This document shows positions 49,887-59,805 of a DNA stretch of 64,000 bases, piece after piece. The position numbers and the translations under genes are program-made. The notes beneath the pieces are model-generated. The model saw nothing but the letters and a program-made list of their open reading frames with translations, was not told the DNA's origin and ran no database searches. Positions within the stretch are counted from its first letter, which is position 1. Each line of letters starts with the position of its first letter. Source of the stretch: Terriglobia bacterium. GTDB taxonomy: Bacteria; Acidobacteriota; Terriglobia; 2-12-FULL-54-10. The stretch spans positions 1,792,001-1,856,000 of the forward strand of contig CAXVYR010000004.1 in the NCBI GenBank assembly GCA_963666975.2, read 5' to 3'.

Positions 49887-51155
49887 TTGTTCGACGAAAC
49901 AGGGTCCTACGTAACTGGACTGAAGTGCAGGGAGTGCGGGGCCACTTATAAGGTCTCGCCGCGAGTGGTTTGCGACTGCCTGGCGCCGCTCGAGGTGGCC
50001 TATGACGTGGAGGCCTGGAAGAAGACAGTAACCCGCGAAAAGATCACCAGCCGCCCGCAGACGATGTGGCGCTACCGCGAGTTGCTGCCCCTGGACCGGG
50101 AGCCGACTTGCAGTTGGGCGGTGGGATTCACGCCGCTGGTCGAGGCCCCCAGGCTGGCCAAGGCGCTGGGGTGCGAGAAGATCTATCTCAAAAATGACGC
50201 GGTGAACTCCCCCTCGCTCTCCTTCAAGGACCGTGTGGTCGCCGTAGCGGTGAACAAGGCCATCGAGTTTGGTTTCAAGACGGTGGCCTGCGCCTCCACC
50301 GGCAACCTGGCGAATTCGTTGGCGGCCCAAGCGGCTGCCGCGGGCCTGGAAGCCTACGTTTTTATTCCGGACGATCTGGAGGAGGCCAAGATTCTGGGCT
50401 CGGCGGTCTATGGCGCCAAGCTCGTAAAGATTCGCGGCAACTACGATCAGGTCAACCGCCTCTGTTCCCAGATTGCCGGAGAGCATGGCTGGGGATTTGT
50501 GAATGTGAACCTGCGGGCCTTTTACGCCGAAGGCTCGAAAACGCTGGCCTACGAGGTGGCCGAGCAGTTGGGGTGGCGCATTCCCAAGGCCATCGTCATT
50601 CCCATTGCGGGTGGCTCGCTGATTACCCGCGTAGGAAAGGCTTTTCGGGAGCTGGCGGAGCTGGGGCTGGTGGAGCCTGCTCCGGTGAAGCTGTTTGGAG
50701 CGCAGGCCACGGGCTGTTCACCGGTAACCACCGCCGTGAAGCGCGGAGCGAAAGAGATCGAGCCGCAAAAGCCCTCCACCATCGCCCGGTCGCTTGCCAT
50801 CGGGAGTCCGGCGGACGGTTACTACGCCGCGGGCGCTATCCGAACCAGCGGCGGAGCCGGGGAGGACGTGACCGATCAGGAGATCGTCGAAGGGATGCGG
50901 CTGCTGGCCGAGACGGAAGGAATCTTCGGCGAGACGGCTGCGGGCGTGACGGTCTCCGTGACCCGGAAGCTGCTTCAGCAAGGGAAGCTCGACCGCGCCG
51001 AAGAAGTGGTCCTCGCCATCACCGGCAACGGGTTGAAGACGCTCGATGCGCTCCAGGAACATCTGGATCGCGGCGTCACCATCCGGCCCCGGTTGGAGGA
51101 GTTTGAAGCCCAGGTCCTCCGCGCGATGCGCTCATCGGGCGTGCCTGTTGGATGA
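49887..51155 (+). CDS. thrC: Threonine synthase-like PLP enzyme (possible O-phosphohomoserine sulfhydrylase)
   Basis: CRECG, SFKDRVV, CASTGNLA, EGSKT, ITGNGLK; SAM riboswitch upstream, sulfur carrier downstream. Confidence 0.85.
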   Translation: MFDETGSYVTGLKCRECGATYKVSPRVVCDCLAPLEVAYDVEAWKKTVTREKITSRPQTMWRYRELLPLDREPTCSWAVGFTPLVEAPRLAKALGCEKIYLKNDAVNSPSLSFKDRVVAVAVNKAIEFGFKTVACASTGNLANSLAAQAAAAGLEAYVFIPDDLEEAKILGSAVYGAKLVKIRGNYDQVNRLCSQIAGEHGWGFVNVNLRAFYAEGSKTLAYEVAEQLGWRIPKAIVIPIAGGSLITRVGKAFRELAELGLVEPAPVKLFGAQATGCSPVTTAVKRGAKEIEPQKPSTIARSLAIGSPADGYYAAGAIRTSGGAGEDVTDQEIVEGMRLLAETEGIFGETAAGVTVSVTRKLLQQGKLDRAEEVVLAITGNGLKTLDALQEHLDRGVTIRPRLEEFEAQVLRAMRSSGVPVG

Positions 51156-51219
51156 CGATGAGGACGAGGACGACGCCTGGCGGGCTTTGTAAGATCGAGC
51201 GAAGGAAAGGTCCACGATT

Positions 51220-51495
51220 ATGTCGATCCGAGTAAGAATTCCGGCGGCCATTGTGCGAGGCAAGGGGGGCAGTGAATCGGTAGAGCTTGCCGCCGCCGAC
51301 CTGAAGGAACTGCTGACGGCCCTCGAGGATCGCTACCCGGGAATGAAGAAGTCCATCTGCGACGAGTCCGGCAAGCTCAACCGCTTTGTGAACGTCTTCG
51401 TGAACGACGAGGACATCCGCTTTCTGGGCGGGGAAGGCTATCACTTCCAAGACGGCGACGAAGTCTTGCTGATTCCCTCCATCGCGGGCGGTTAG
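51220..51495 (+). CDS. MoaD/ThiS/CysO-like ubiquitin-fold sulfur carrier
   Basis: RFVNVFVNDEDIRF...IPSIAGG with C-terminal GG. Confidence 0.93.
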   Translation: MSIRVRIPAAIVRGKGGSESVELAAADLKELLTALEDRYPGMKKSICDESGKLNRFVNVFVNDEDIRFLGGEGYHFQDGDEVLLIPSIAGG

Positions 51496-51631
51496 CGGAA
51501 AGCAGAAGACAGAAGTCAGGAGTCGAGGAAGTCTGAATAAAAAACGGAGCAGGCCTTTCTCTTCGGCTGCTGTCTCCTGCCTTCTTTTTCTCCGTGCCCT
51601 CTGTGTCTCGGTGGCTAAATAAAAAAGAGAA

Positions 51632-52579
51632 ATGAATATGGGACTGAAAATTGCCCTCCTGGGAACTGGCAATATCGGCTCGGCTCTGCTGGGGGGGATA
51701 CTGAAAAGCGGGCTGGCGCGGCCCCAGGACGTGGTTGTCACGGTGGCCGTCGAGGAGGAGGAGAAGCGGCAAGAGCTGGAGAAGCGGTGGAAGGTGCGCG
51801 CCCTGCCGGCCGCCAACCGCGCCGCCGCCGCCGGAAGGGACGTGGTTATTCTGGCGGTCAAACCACATATCCTTCCCAAAGTCCTGGAGGAAATCCGGGG
51901 AGTGCTGCGGGAGAACCAGGTGGTCATTTCCGTGGCCGCCGCCGTCCCTCTCCCTCTGATCGAATCCCTGATCGGCAAACGAGTCTGCCTGTTCCGCGCT
52001 ATGCCGAACATTCCCGTAGTAGTGGAAGAAGGGGCCACGGGGGTGGCCGGCAATCAGGCAACTACGGCGGAGCAGCGCCAGTTGGTGAAAAAGATATTCG
52101 GGACGCTCGGCGCGGTGGTGTTCGTCGAGGAGTGGCAACTGGACGCCGTGACGGCGCTTTCGGGCAGCGGACCTGCCTACGTCTACATGGTGATTGAGGC
52201 CCTGATCGACGGCGGGATCAAGATGGGGCTGTCGCATGATGTGGCCACCCGGCTGACGGAGCAAACGGTGCTCGGCGCTGCCAAGCTGGTCCGGGAAACC
52301 AAGCTCCATCCGGCTATCTTGCGCGACCAGGTCATCACGCCAGGAGGGGTGACGATCGCCGCCATCCATGAGCTGGAAAATCACGGCCTGCGCGCCATGT
52401 TGATCAGCGCCGTTGAGACGGCCACGGCGCGTTCCAAAGAAATCCGCGAGCAGATGGTGGAACGGTTTTCACCCGCGGCCGCCGCCAAAACTCCAACCGT
52501 ACCCGCTACAAAAAAACCCCGCAGCAAGAAGAAAAGCAAACCCAAGCCCGCAGCGAAGGCGAAGAAGCGCGGAAGGTAA
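51632..52579 (+). CDS. proC: Pyrroline-5-carboxylate reductase
   Basis: GTGNIG, LAVKP, RAMPN, TALSGSGPAY, TPGG; Lys-rich tail. Confidence 0.95.
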   Translation: MNMGLKIALLGTGNIGSALLGGILKSGLARPQDVVVTVAVEEEEKRQELEKRWKVRALPAANRAAAAGRDVVILAVKPHILPKVLEEIRGVLRENQVVISVAAAVPLPLIESLIGKRVCLFRAMPNIPVVVEEGATGVAGNQATTAEQRQLVKKIFGTLGAVVFVEEWQLDAVTALSGSGPAYVYMVIEALIDGGIKMGLSHDVATRLTEQTVLGAAKLVRETKLHPAILRDQVITPGGVTIAAIHELENHGLRAMLISAVETATARSKEIREQMVERFSPAAAAKTPTVPATKKPRSKKKSKPKPAAKAKKRGR

Positions 52580-52706
52580 GTCCTTTGGCGATTGGGGGCC
52601 TGTAAAATGATCGGAAGCAGGGCCTGGCAGTTGCCAATTACTTCTAAATCGTTTTCGCAAATGATGTAGACCGCTCCGCCATCGGGACCAGGTATCCCCT
52701 TCGGCT

Positions 52707-52830
52707 GTCATCCTGAGCCCTTCGGCGTTGCTCAGGGTAAACGCCGCGAAGGATCTGCTTTTGTACGCGGGGATTGGTCCTTTCCCGGCGGAATAGCAGA
52801 TTCCTCGCGGAGCCTGCCCTGAGCGCAACC
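52707..52830. repeat. Palindromic intergenic repeat (GTCATCCTGAG...CGAAGGATCT family)
   Basis: Related copy at 63026-63148; related CTTCGCTCGGGACAGG units near 15100 and 18180. Confidence 0.6.
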
Positions 52831-53114
52831 GTGAAGTCATACATTTTCAAAGTCGCCATCGAGGAGGACCAGTTTGAGGATGGGAAGCAGGCCTATCCCG
52901 CCCGCTGTCCCGCTCTCAAAGGTTGCCATACTTGGGGCCATACTTACGAAGAGGCGCTCACTCATATCCGCGAGGCAATTGAGCTATATGTAGAAGACCT
53001 TCAAGAGGCAGGGAGCCCATCCCCGTGGACCCGGACCAAGGTTGTCTGGAGTTGTCCACACCCTCGGTGGCAGTCAACGTAACGCCCAGTCAGTTCCAGC
53101 AAGTTATTCTTTGA
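52831..53114 (+). pseudogene. HicB-family antitoxin, orphan, with a probable 1-bp frameshift near 53011
   Basis: CPALKGCHTWGHTYEEAL..IREAIELYVEDL; adding one G restores GEPIPVD; no hicA adjacent. Confidence 0.7.
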
Positions 53115-53175
53115 GCTGACTTGCATGGACTATAACCCTAGTGGCGAATATCCCATCCGGTCTTGAGAGGCTATC

Positions 53176-53560
53176 TTGGGAACAGACCCCGTCCTTGCAA
53201 GAAAGCATATAGATGATGCTGTTCGTCGCGCCTCCCGGACTTTTGAGTTGCTCGAAAAGGAGTCCGCCGAGAACAGAAGCACATACGAAAGGTTCCACAA
53301 TAACTGGGCCATTTTTTCTGGAGGCACGGTCGCTCTGAGCATTACCTATTGGGGATACCTGAAAAGTCTGTCCATACCTGTCGCATCAGAGGCAGGGTTG
53401 CATTACCTACCTAGTTGTCCATTTTTTCTGGAGGCACGGTCGCTCTGAGCATTACCTATTGGGGCTGAAAAGTCTGTCCATACCTGTCGCATCAGAAGGG
53501 TTGCTTATTGCAAGCTGGGCAACTTTGTTGCTATGCCTAGGGCAAATTCATAGTTGCTGT
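53176..53560 (+). pseudogene. Membrane-protein gene remnant disrupted by a 110-bp tandem duplication
   Basis: 53309-53401 is repeated at 53419-53503 with small indels. Confidence 0.55.
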
Positions 53561-53583
53561 ATAGCTACCCAGAACGCTCGTAA

Positions 53584-53716
53584 AGCCCCAGAGGGGCGCA
53601 AGAGTTTAGCCCACGGCGCCAGCCGTGGGTGGGAAAGGCCACGCCGGATCAGCCCCGGAAGGGGTGCCGAAAGGAGCGAGAGACAAGGGCCGGAGCGTCT
53701 TGCGCCCCTCTGGGAG
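53584..53716. repeat. REP/BIME-like palindromic cluster
   Basis: AGCCCCAGAGGGGCG, AGCCCACGGCGCCAGCCGTGGG, AGCCCCGGAAGGGG and inverted GCGCCCCTCTGGG. Confidence 0.6.
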
Positions 53717-53733
53717 GGAAACTCAAACGACGC

Positions 53734-54720
53734 TCAGCGGCCCCGGATTCCTGCGGCTGCGCAGGAGCTATGCGCGATCATCTGGCGAAATTCCGATAAC
53801 AAACGCGGGTCCCACCATCCCTTCCGAACTTCATTCTCCATCGTTTCCAAGGCCTCCTCTGATGAAAAGGCGCGCTTGTAGGGGCGCTCGGTAGTCAGGG
53901 CGTCGTAAACGTCGGCGACCTGCAACACCCGCGCCGTCAGAGGAATTCGATCCCCTTGCAGGCCGTCGGGGTAGCCCGAGCCGTCGAGCTTTTCATGGTG
54001 ATGCCGGATGATGGGCAGCACCTCTCGAAAGGACTTGAGCGGGGCGCAGATGCATTCGCCTATCACGGGATGCTTCTGCACAATCCGCCACTCCTCAGCC
54101 GTCAGCCGGCCCGGTTTGAGGAGGATGTAGTCAGGCACTGCCACCTTGCCTACATCATGAACAATGCCGGCGTGCCGCAAGGCGATGACTTCATTTTCCC
54201 GCAACCCAATGCGCTTCCCCAGCCGGGCCGAGTAGTCCGCCAGCCGCTCACAGTGGCCTTCCGTATAAGGGTCTTTGGCCTCAATGCTGCATGCCAGGGC
54301 AAACAGCACCGATTCCGCCTCCTCGAATTGGCCGGTGCGGGTCTTTCCGCTGAGCAGAGAATGAACCCGTGCAAGCAGTTCTGCCTGATCCACGGGCTTG
54401 TTCAAGAAGTCATCGGCGCCTGCTTCAATGCCTCGAATACGGTCTTCGACGGCCGAATGCGCAGTAAGCAACACGACCGGAGTCAGGCGGCTTTCCGGGT
54501 TGGACTTGAGCCGCTGGCAGACCTGGAAACCGCACAGACCGGGTATTTTCACATCCATCACAACCAGGTCGGGTTGGAGCCGCGGGAAACGTGCCAGGGC
54601 CTCCGGGCCATCCTGCGCCGTGACAACCTGATAGCCCTGTACGGTGAGTATTTCTTCCAAAAGGGCGCGGGAAATTGGTTCATCATCTACCACGAGAATG
54701 AGACTTGACATAGGAACCAT
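53734..54720 (-). CDS. Response regulator with HD-GYP c-di-GMP phosphodiesterase domain (RpfG-like)
   Basis: ILVVDDE, DFLNKP, KDPYTEGH, HDVGK, HHEKLDGSGYPDGL; GGAGG RBS. Confidence 0.93.
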   Translation of the reverse strand: MVPMSSLILVVDDEPISRALLEEILTVQGYQVVTAQDGPEALARFPRLQPDLVVMDVKIPGLCGFQVCQRLKSNPESRLTPVVLLTAHSAVEDRIRGIEAGADDFLNKPVDQAELLARVHSLLSGKTRTGQFEEAESVLFALACSIEAKDPYTEGHCERLADYSARLGKRIGLRENEVIALRHAGIVHDVGKVAVPDYILLKPGRLTAEEWRIVQKHPVIGECICAPLKSFREVLPIIRHHHEKLDGSGYPDGLQGDRIPLTARVLQVADVYDALTTERPYKRAFSSEEALETMENEVRKGWWDPRLLSEFRQMIAHSSCAAAGIRGR

Positions 54721-56171
54721 GTATCCTCCAATGGGGGCTGCCAATGAATGGGGGTGCTTCACCAGGGTCTCATTTGGGTCTCATTCTATTGGGCCTGTTT
54801 TTCTTTCCATGTATCTTCCGTACTCCCAATGTGCTGGCGTACTCCCGATGTGCTGGCCAGAGCAGCGCCAAGCGGAGATTGCCGGTCAATAAACAAGGCG
54901 CAATGCTCGCTGAACGAATGATTGCCGAATGATGCTCCGGATACCCTGCCCTCCTAGCTAGAATGGATAGAGTATCTGCGAAAGCTGACCTCTTCCCTAC
55001 GCTCTCCCCGTCAACGGCGAGGGCAACGGTTCGTAGCAAAGCGATCTTGAGCGCGCGGATTCTCCTGGCCTAGCTATATTCTTGTCTTCCCAGTTCTGGA
55101 CTCTCCGCGGACAGAATCAATTGAGTATGATTACCTGCGGTAATGAGCAAACTTGGAGCTTGTTTAATGACAACTTGATTAATCACTAAATAGCCAGGTA
55201 CTGTCGGAAAGATTAAAGATTAGCGTGCTGTAAGAAATTCGTGAACGGAAAATATATCCTGCTCTGCTTTCTAAGCAGCGCCGCCGTTCGCATTCAAACG
55301 CAGAACTTGGCTTGTATCAATGGAGTTACTTCCGACGCGTAACCCAAGTAAATTCAATAGATTGGGGTGGTGTCTTGAAAAAACGCTCGGTGGGAACGGA
55401 TCATGTGCCTGCGCGGCTGCCAAATTGCTAGGCAGAGGGGTCGTCGCCCAATCTGCTCTTTGTCCTGAGCAGACCAGTGCACTAAATGATTCAGCAGGGA
55501 GCAGGCCCATGAAACAGACGCGCTTGCTGCGGTTTCTGTGTCGGCGAGACAGACGGCTGTTTTCAGCCTCTTATCCAAACTGCCGGAGCAGGTCGCTTAC
55601 CTTGCCGGGCCCGGTCTCCTGGCTAACCTGTTGAACATGAACGATATGTTTGTTCAGCATGGGCCGCTCCACATCTTTATTGAACATGGCGGAAGACACC
55701 GAGTTGGATGTGTTGTCCGTCCGAGGCCAGCCGCAACGCTTCCATGTCTTCGTCCGGATTTTGTTCCACATAGGAGAGTCGTGACAACACCTTGGTAATC
55801 GCCACGTGTTTGGTGTTAAAGGAAGAACAAATGGTGAAGATTGCGGCGAAAGAAAAACCCCTGTGCCGTATTGGTCAGAACGTCGGCTTGGCTCGTTGCT
55901 TGCCGGAGATCACCCCAGGCGAGGGCCGTTTCCGGATGCCCCAGTTGTTCTGCTATCCGCCGCGCTTCTTGATCGCTGGGGCTGCTGGCTCAATTGTGGG
56001 TGTTTCCACCCAGAAGGCAATAGGCTCCTTCACGAAACCATATTCAGGGGCTCGGCAAGGGACATAAGCGAATGACAGGAAACAAGAAAGAATCTTCGTT
56101 CGCACTGCGCGATGTGGCAGCCTGCGTGCCATTCTCTCAAGCGAGGGGCATTAAGAAAGGAGAAGATAGCC

Positions 56172-57341
56172 ATGGAATACACGCCCTGTCTGTCCAATCA
56201 GCCCTATAGGCCCAGGCTGGTTTTCTGGGAACTGACCAAAGGCTGTAACCTGCGCTGCGTCCACTGCCGGGCGACAGCCACAGAGCTATCTTCCCCGGAT
56301 GATCTGAGCTACGAAGAGTCGGTTCAGATCATCGAGCAACTGGCCGAATATGCGCCTTTGATCCTGGTGTTGAGCGGAGGCGAGCCGCTTTTTCGGGGCG
56401 ACCTGTTCCGGCTGGCGCGCCGTGCCACCAAACGCGGAATTCGGGTGGCGCTGGGCACCAACGGAACGCTCATCACCGCCGACGTGGCCCGAAAGATAAA
56501 AGAAGCTGGCGTGCGCCGGGTCGCCATCAGCATAGATGGGGCCGACGCGGCCACCCACGATGCGTTCCGTGGAATTCCGGGCGCGTTCGACCGTGCGATT
56601 GAAGGGTTCCAGCACCTGAAGCGGCTGGGCATGTCGATGCAGATCAACACCTCGGTGGCCAAGCATAATGCGGCGCAGTTGCCGGAGACGCTTGAGCTGG
56701 CTCTCCGGCTGGGCGCCGATGCCTTTCACCTGTTCTTGCTGGTGCCGGTGGGTTGCGGCGTTCAGATCGCCGACAAGCAGATGGTCGAGTCCGAGCAGTA
56801 CGAACAGATTCTGAACTGGCTGTACGACCGGACTCTCGAAAACCGGATCGAGTTGAAGGCCACCTGCGCGCCGCATTTCTTCAGCGTTGTCAGGCAGCGG
56901 AGAGCCGAGGCCCGGCGGCGCGGAGAGCAACTGCCGGAACCGGCGGCGCACGGGCATGGCGGGCACCCCATCATGCGATGAACGCTATGACGAGGGGCTG
57001 CCTGGCCGGGACGGGCGTTTGTTTCCTCTCGCACAAAGGCGAAGTCTATCCCTGCGGCTACCTGCCGCTCGAAGCCGGCAACTTGCGCCGGCAAAGCTTC
57101 GCCGAGGTCTGGCAGAATTCTCCCCTGTTTGCGTCCCTGCGAGACGTAGACAACTTGAAGGGGAAATGCGGCGCCTGCGAGTTCCGCAATATCTGCGAAG
57201 GATGCCGCGCGCGCCTTCGGATCGACCGGAGATTATCTCGCCGAAGAACCGTTTTGTTTGTATACGCCGCGCGGCTACATGGCCGAGGGACAGCCGCAAA
57301 GCGAGCAGCAGGCCATTTCACCACAGGCTGCATTACCCTAG
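56172..57341 (+). pseudogene. Radical SAM/SPASM heme-biosynthesis enzyme (AhbD/NirJ-like) with two frameshifts
   Basis: WELTKGCNLRCVHCRA, LVPVGCG, KATCAPH, GCLAG, KGKCGACEF..CEGCRAR, DYLAEEPFC spread over three frames; shifts near 56968 and 57212. Confidence 0.85.
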
Positions 57342-57351
57342 AGGAGGGATT

Positions 57352-57561
57352 ATGTTTCGTTTTACCGATCTTATTCAAAAGAACCGGACGGTTCGCGAGA
57401 TCGAACAGCAATACCCCCAGACCAAGGATATCTTCGAAGAGCTTTCCGTGCGCGAGAGCTGCCGCGATTGTTCCCTCGCTCAGGCAGCCGAGCGAAGGGG
57501 AATCAATCCGGAGGACTTGGCAGACCGCCTGAACACCGTTTTATTTGGCGCGAACAGCTAA
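57352..57561 (+). CDS. Small DUF1858/DUF542-like domain protein
   Basis: GAGGAGG RBS; TVREI...YPQT..IF......C...SL..AA...GI.P..L...LN pattern. Confidence 0.7.
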   Translation: MFRFTDLIQKNRTVREIEQQYPQTKDIFEELSVRESCRDCSLAQAAERRGINPEDLADRLNTVLFGANS

Positions 57562-57727
57562 CGGGTGTTCCCGCCACCCCGTCCGTCCGCGATCTCTCGA
57601 GAACGATTACCTGCAAAAGAGATGCGCGCCGGAAACCGACGCCACCGGAAAAAGCAGAAGTCCTTGTCCGTAGCGTGGCGAAGCAGCCTATACTGGTAGG
57701 AACAGATCACGGGGAAGGACTTTAGGC

Positions 57728-57922
57728 TTGGTACGCTGGCTGCGAATTGGTACGGGAATGAGTTTTCTGGTCGTCGGGCTGCTGGGTTGGTTGCTGCCGA
57801 TTATTCCCGGCTGGGCGTTTATCATTCCCGGACTGGTGCTGTTGAGCCGGGAGTTTCACTGGGCCAAAAGAACCTTGCAGTGGCTCAGAAACCGCTTCCC
57901 GAAAAAAACCATGCAGGATTAA
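57728..57922 (+). CDS. PGPGW-domain small membrane protein
   Basis: G..LPIIPGW..I.PGL.LLS.EF.WA.R. Confidence 0.7.
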   Translation: MVRWLRIGTGMSFLVVGLLGWLLPIIPGWAFIIPGLVLLSREFHWAKRTLQWLRNRFPKKTMQD

Positions 57923-58294
57923 CGGTCCGGCGCCGACATGGGCGTCGCCTACCTGTTGCCGCGCATCGTGGGGACCGCGCGCGCCATGGAGTTGCTCTAT
58001 CTGGGAGAGCCCATTCGGGCCGATCGCGCCGAGCAGATCGGCCTAGTCACCCGCGTCGTCAAGGCGGAGGAGCTGGAACAGGAGTCCATGGCTCTGGCGC
58101 AGAAGCTGGCAGCGGGACCGACCTTCTCCATGGGCATGACCAAGGTGCAGATCTACAATGAGTGGACAATGGCTCTGCCGGCGGCTATCGAAGCCGAGGC
58201 GCAGGCCCAGGCGCTGTGCATGCTCACCGACAATTTCGACGAAGGCTACCGGGCATTCAAAGAAAGACGGCCGCCGCAGTTCCACGGAAAATAG
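57923..58294 (+). pseudogene. Enoyl-CoA hydratase C-terminal fragment (N-terminus missing)
   Basis: Begins abruptly at SGADMGVAYLLPRIVG; EAEAQAQALCM...EGYRAFKERRPPQF; catalytic N-terminal half absent. Confidence 0.75.
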
Positions 58295-58367
58295 AATGTC
58301 GTGGAATAGACGCTGCCTCGGGAAGAGTTCTCCCGGCAAGACAAAGGCAAGGTCTAAGGAGGAATCG

Positions 58368-59144
58368 GTGCGGCTTGCGGGAAAAACCGCCATCGTAACC
58401 GGCGGAGGCAGGGGAATCGGCGAGGTCATTGCCCTGGCGCTGGCGGTGGAGGGCTGTGCGGTTGTCGTCGCCGGGCGGAGCGAGACTCATCTGGAAAGAG
58501 TCGCCGAAAAGATCCGGGAGAGCGGGCGGGAGTCGCTGGCCGTTCGCTGCGACGTCACCGACCCCGGCTCGGTCCAAGAACTGTTTGGAAAAGTAAAAGC
58601 GAAGTGGGAAAAGCTGGACGTTCTGGTCAACAATGCCGGACAGAGCCACAGCGATCTGCTCGCCCGCGTGAGTTTCGAGACATGGAACCAGATGCTCGCC
58701 ATCAATCTGACCGGCGCCTTCCTGTGCTGCCAGGCGGCGCTGCAATGGATGCTGCCGCGCAAATCCGGAAGGATCATCAACATTGCTTCGACCGCATCCA
58801 AGATTGGGATTCGCTATGCGGGGGCCTACGCGGCGGCTAAACACGGCGTGCTGGGCCTGACGCGCACCATGGCCCTGGAGACGGCGACTTCGGGTATCAC
58901 GGTCAACGCTGTTTGTCCCGGGTGGGTGAGTACGGATATGGCCGAGAAGGCTGTTACCACCATCAGCGGCAAGACCAAGGTCAGCGCGGAAAAGGCGCGG
59001 GAAATTCTTGCCAACGACAGTCCTCAGAAGCGCATTCTCGATCCGGAGGAGATCGCCTCTACCGTCGTGTTTCTGGCCTGCGAGCAGGCTCGGGGGATTA
59101 CCGGTCAGGGCATCGATGTCTGCGGCGGGCAGGTGATGTCGTAA
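58368..59144 (+). CDS. Short-chain dehydrogenase/reductase
   Basis: AAGGAGG RBS; TGGGRGIG, NNAG, YAAAK, VCPGWV, ITGQ. Confidence 0.93.
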   Translation: MRLAGKTAIVTGGGRGIGEVIALALAVEGCAVVVAGRSETHLERVAEKIRESGRESLAVRCDVTDPGSVQELFGKVKAKWEKLDVLVNNAGQSHSDLLARVSFETWNQMLAINLTGAFLCCQAALQWMLPRKSGRIINIASTASKIGIRYAGAYAAAKHGVLGLTRTMALETATSGITVNAVCPGWVSTDMAEKAVTTISGKTKVSAEKAREILANDSPQKRILDPEEIASTVVFLACEQARGITGQGIDVCGGQVMS

Positions 59145-59296
59145 CCAGAGCCGCGACCGCCAGGGAGCGGTCGAGCCTGCACTGCCTGTCACGAGCGAAG
59201 CCGAGGGATCCGCAAGCGGTCACAAACACTAGCGGGATATCAGAAGGCTTCTTTGTCCGCTCCCTTATGCGGCGCTGGGCCGTCCCCCAATTTACA

Positions 59297-59337
59297 AACC
59301 CACGGCAAATTGGAACTGCCAATTTGCCGTGGGTTAC
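59297..59337. repeat. GTAG-type REP-like palindrome
   Basis: AACCCACGGCAAATTGG-AACTG-CCAATTTGCCGTGGGTT perfect stem. Confidence 0.75.
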
Positions 59338-59388
59338 AGCTTGCCTGGGACTATGTGGATGTGAGATACGTACCGGGGTGAGCGGACG

Positions 59389-59805
59389 TTAAGGCCTACT
59401 TCTGCCGCCTATCCCCTCCAGCTCACAAGTCATCAGCCAGTCACCTGTTCCGCTGATATGATTAATTTCAACGGTCACCTTTTGCCCAAACGCGGCAAAA
59501 TCGGGTGCGGTGCTGCCTTCAAAAGTCCCATCCGAGAGCACGACACCTACACTTTGGTTCTTACTGCCCCGTGAGACAAAGACGGGTTCTCCGACCCTTG
59601 TATTTTCACCGTCCTTCCCGCCGATTGTAACTCCTCCTGCTTGGTCCACCTCACAAATGTCAATGGTCAGCGAAGGACTAAAAAGGGTATCGCCCTGCGC
59701 GCGCAACTCATTTCGCCAACTGGGCCAGAGGAGCGCCAAAGAAACGCATAATACAGCAAATGCCATCATCAGCACTGCTTTCACCTTGTTACGGTTGTTG
59801 TTCAC
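59389..59805 (-). CDS. Hypothetical exported protein
   Basis: N-terminal hydrophobic helix; GGAGGTG RBS; overlaps upstream gene stop. Confidence 0.65.
   Translation of the reverse strand: MNNNRNKVKAVLMMAFAVLCVSLALLWPSWRNELRAQGDTLFSPSLTIDICEVDQAGGVTIGGKDGENTRVGEPVFVSRGSKNQSVGVVLSDGTFEGSTAPDFAAFGQKVTVEINHISGTGDWLMTCELEGIGGRSRP

Noticed and set aside
59372-59395. TGAGCGGACGTTA shared with 15826-38 as an attC end
   Set aside because: Only 13 bp and no recognisable partner arm at either site.
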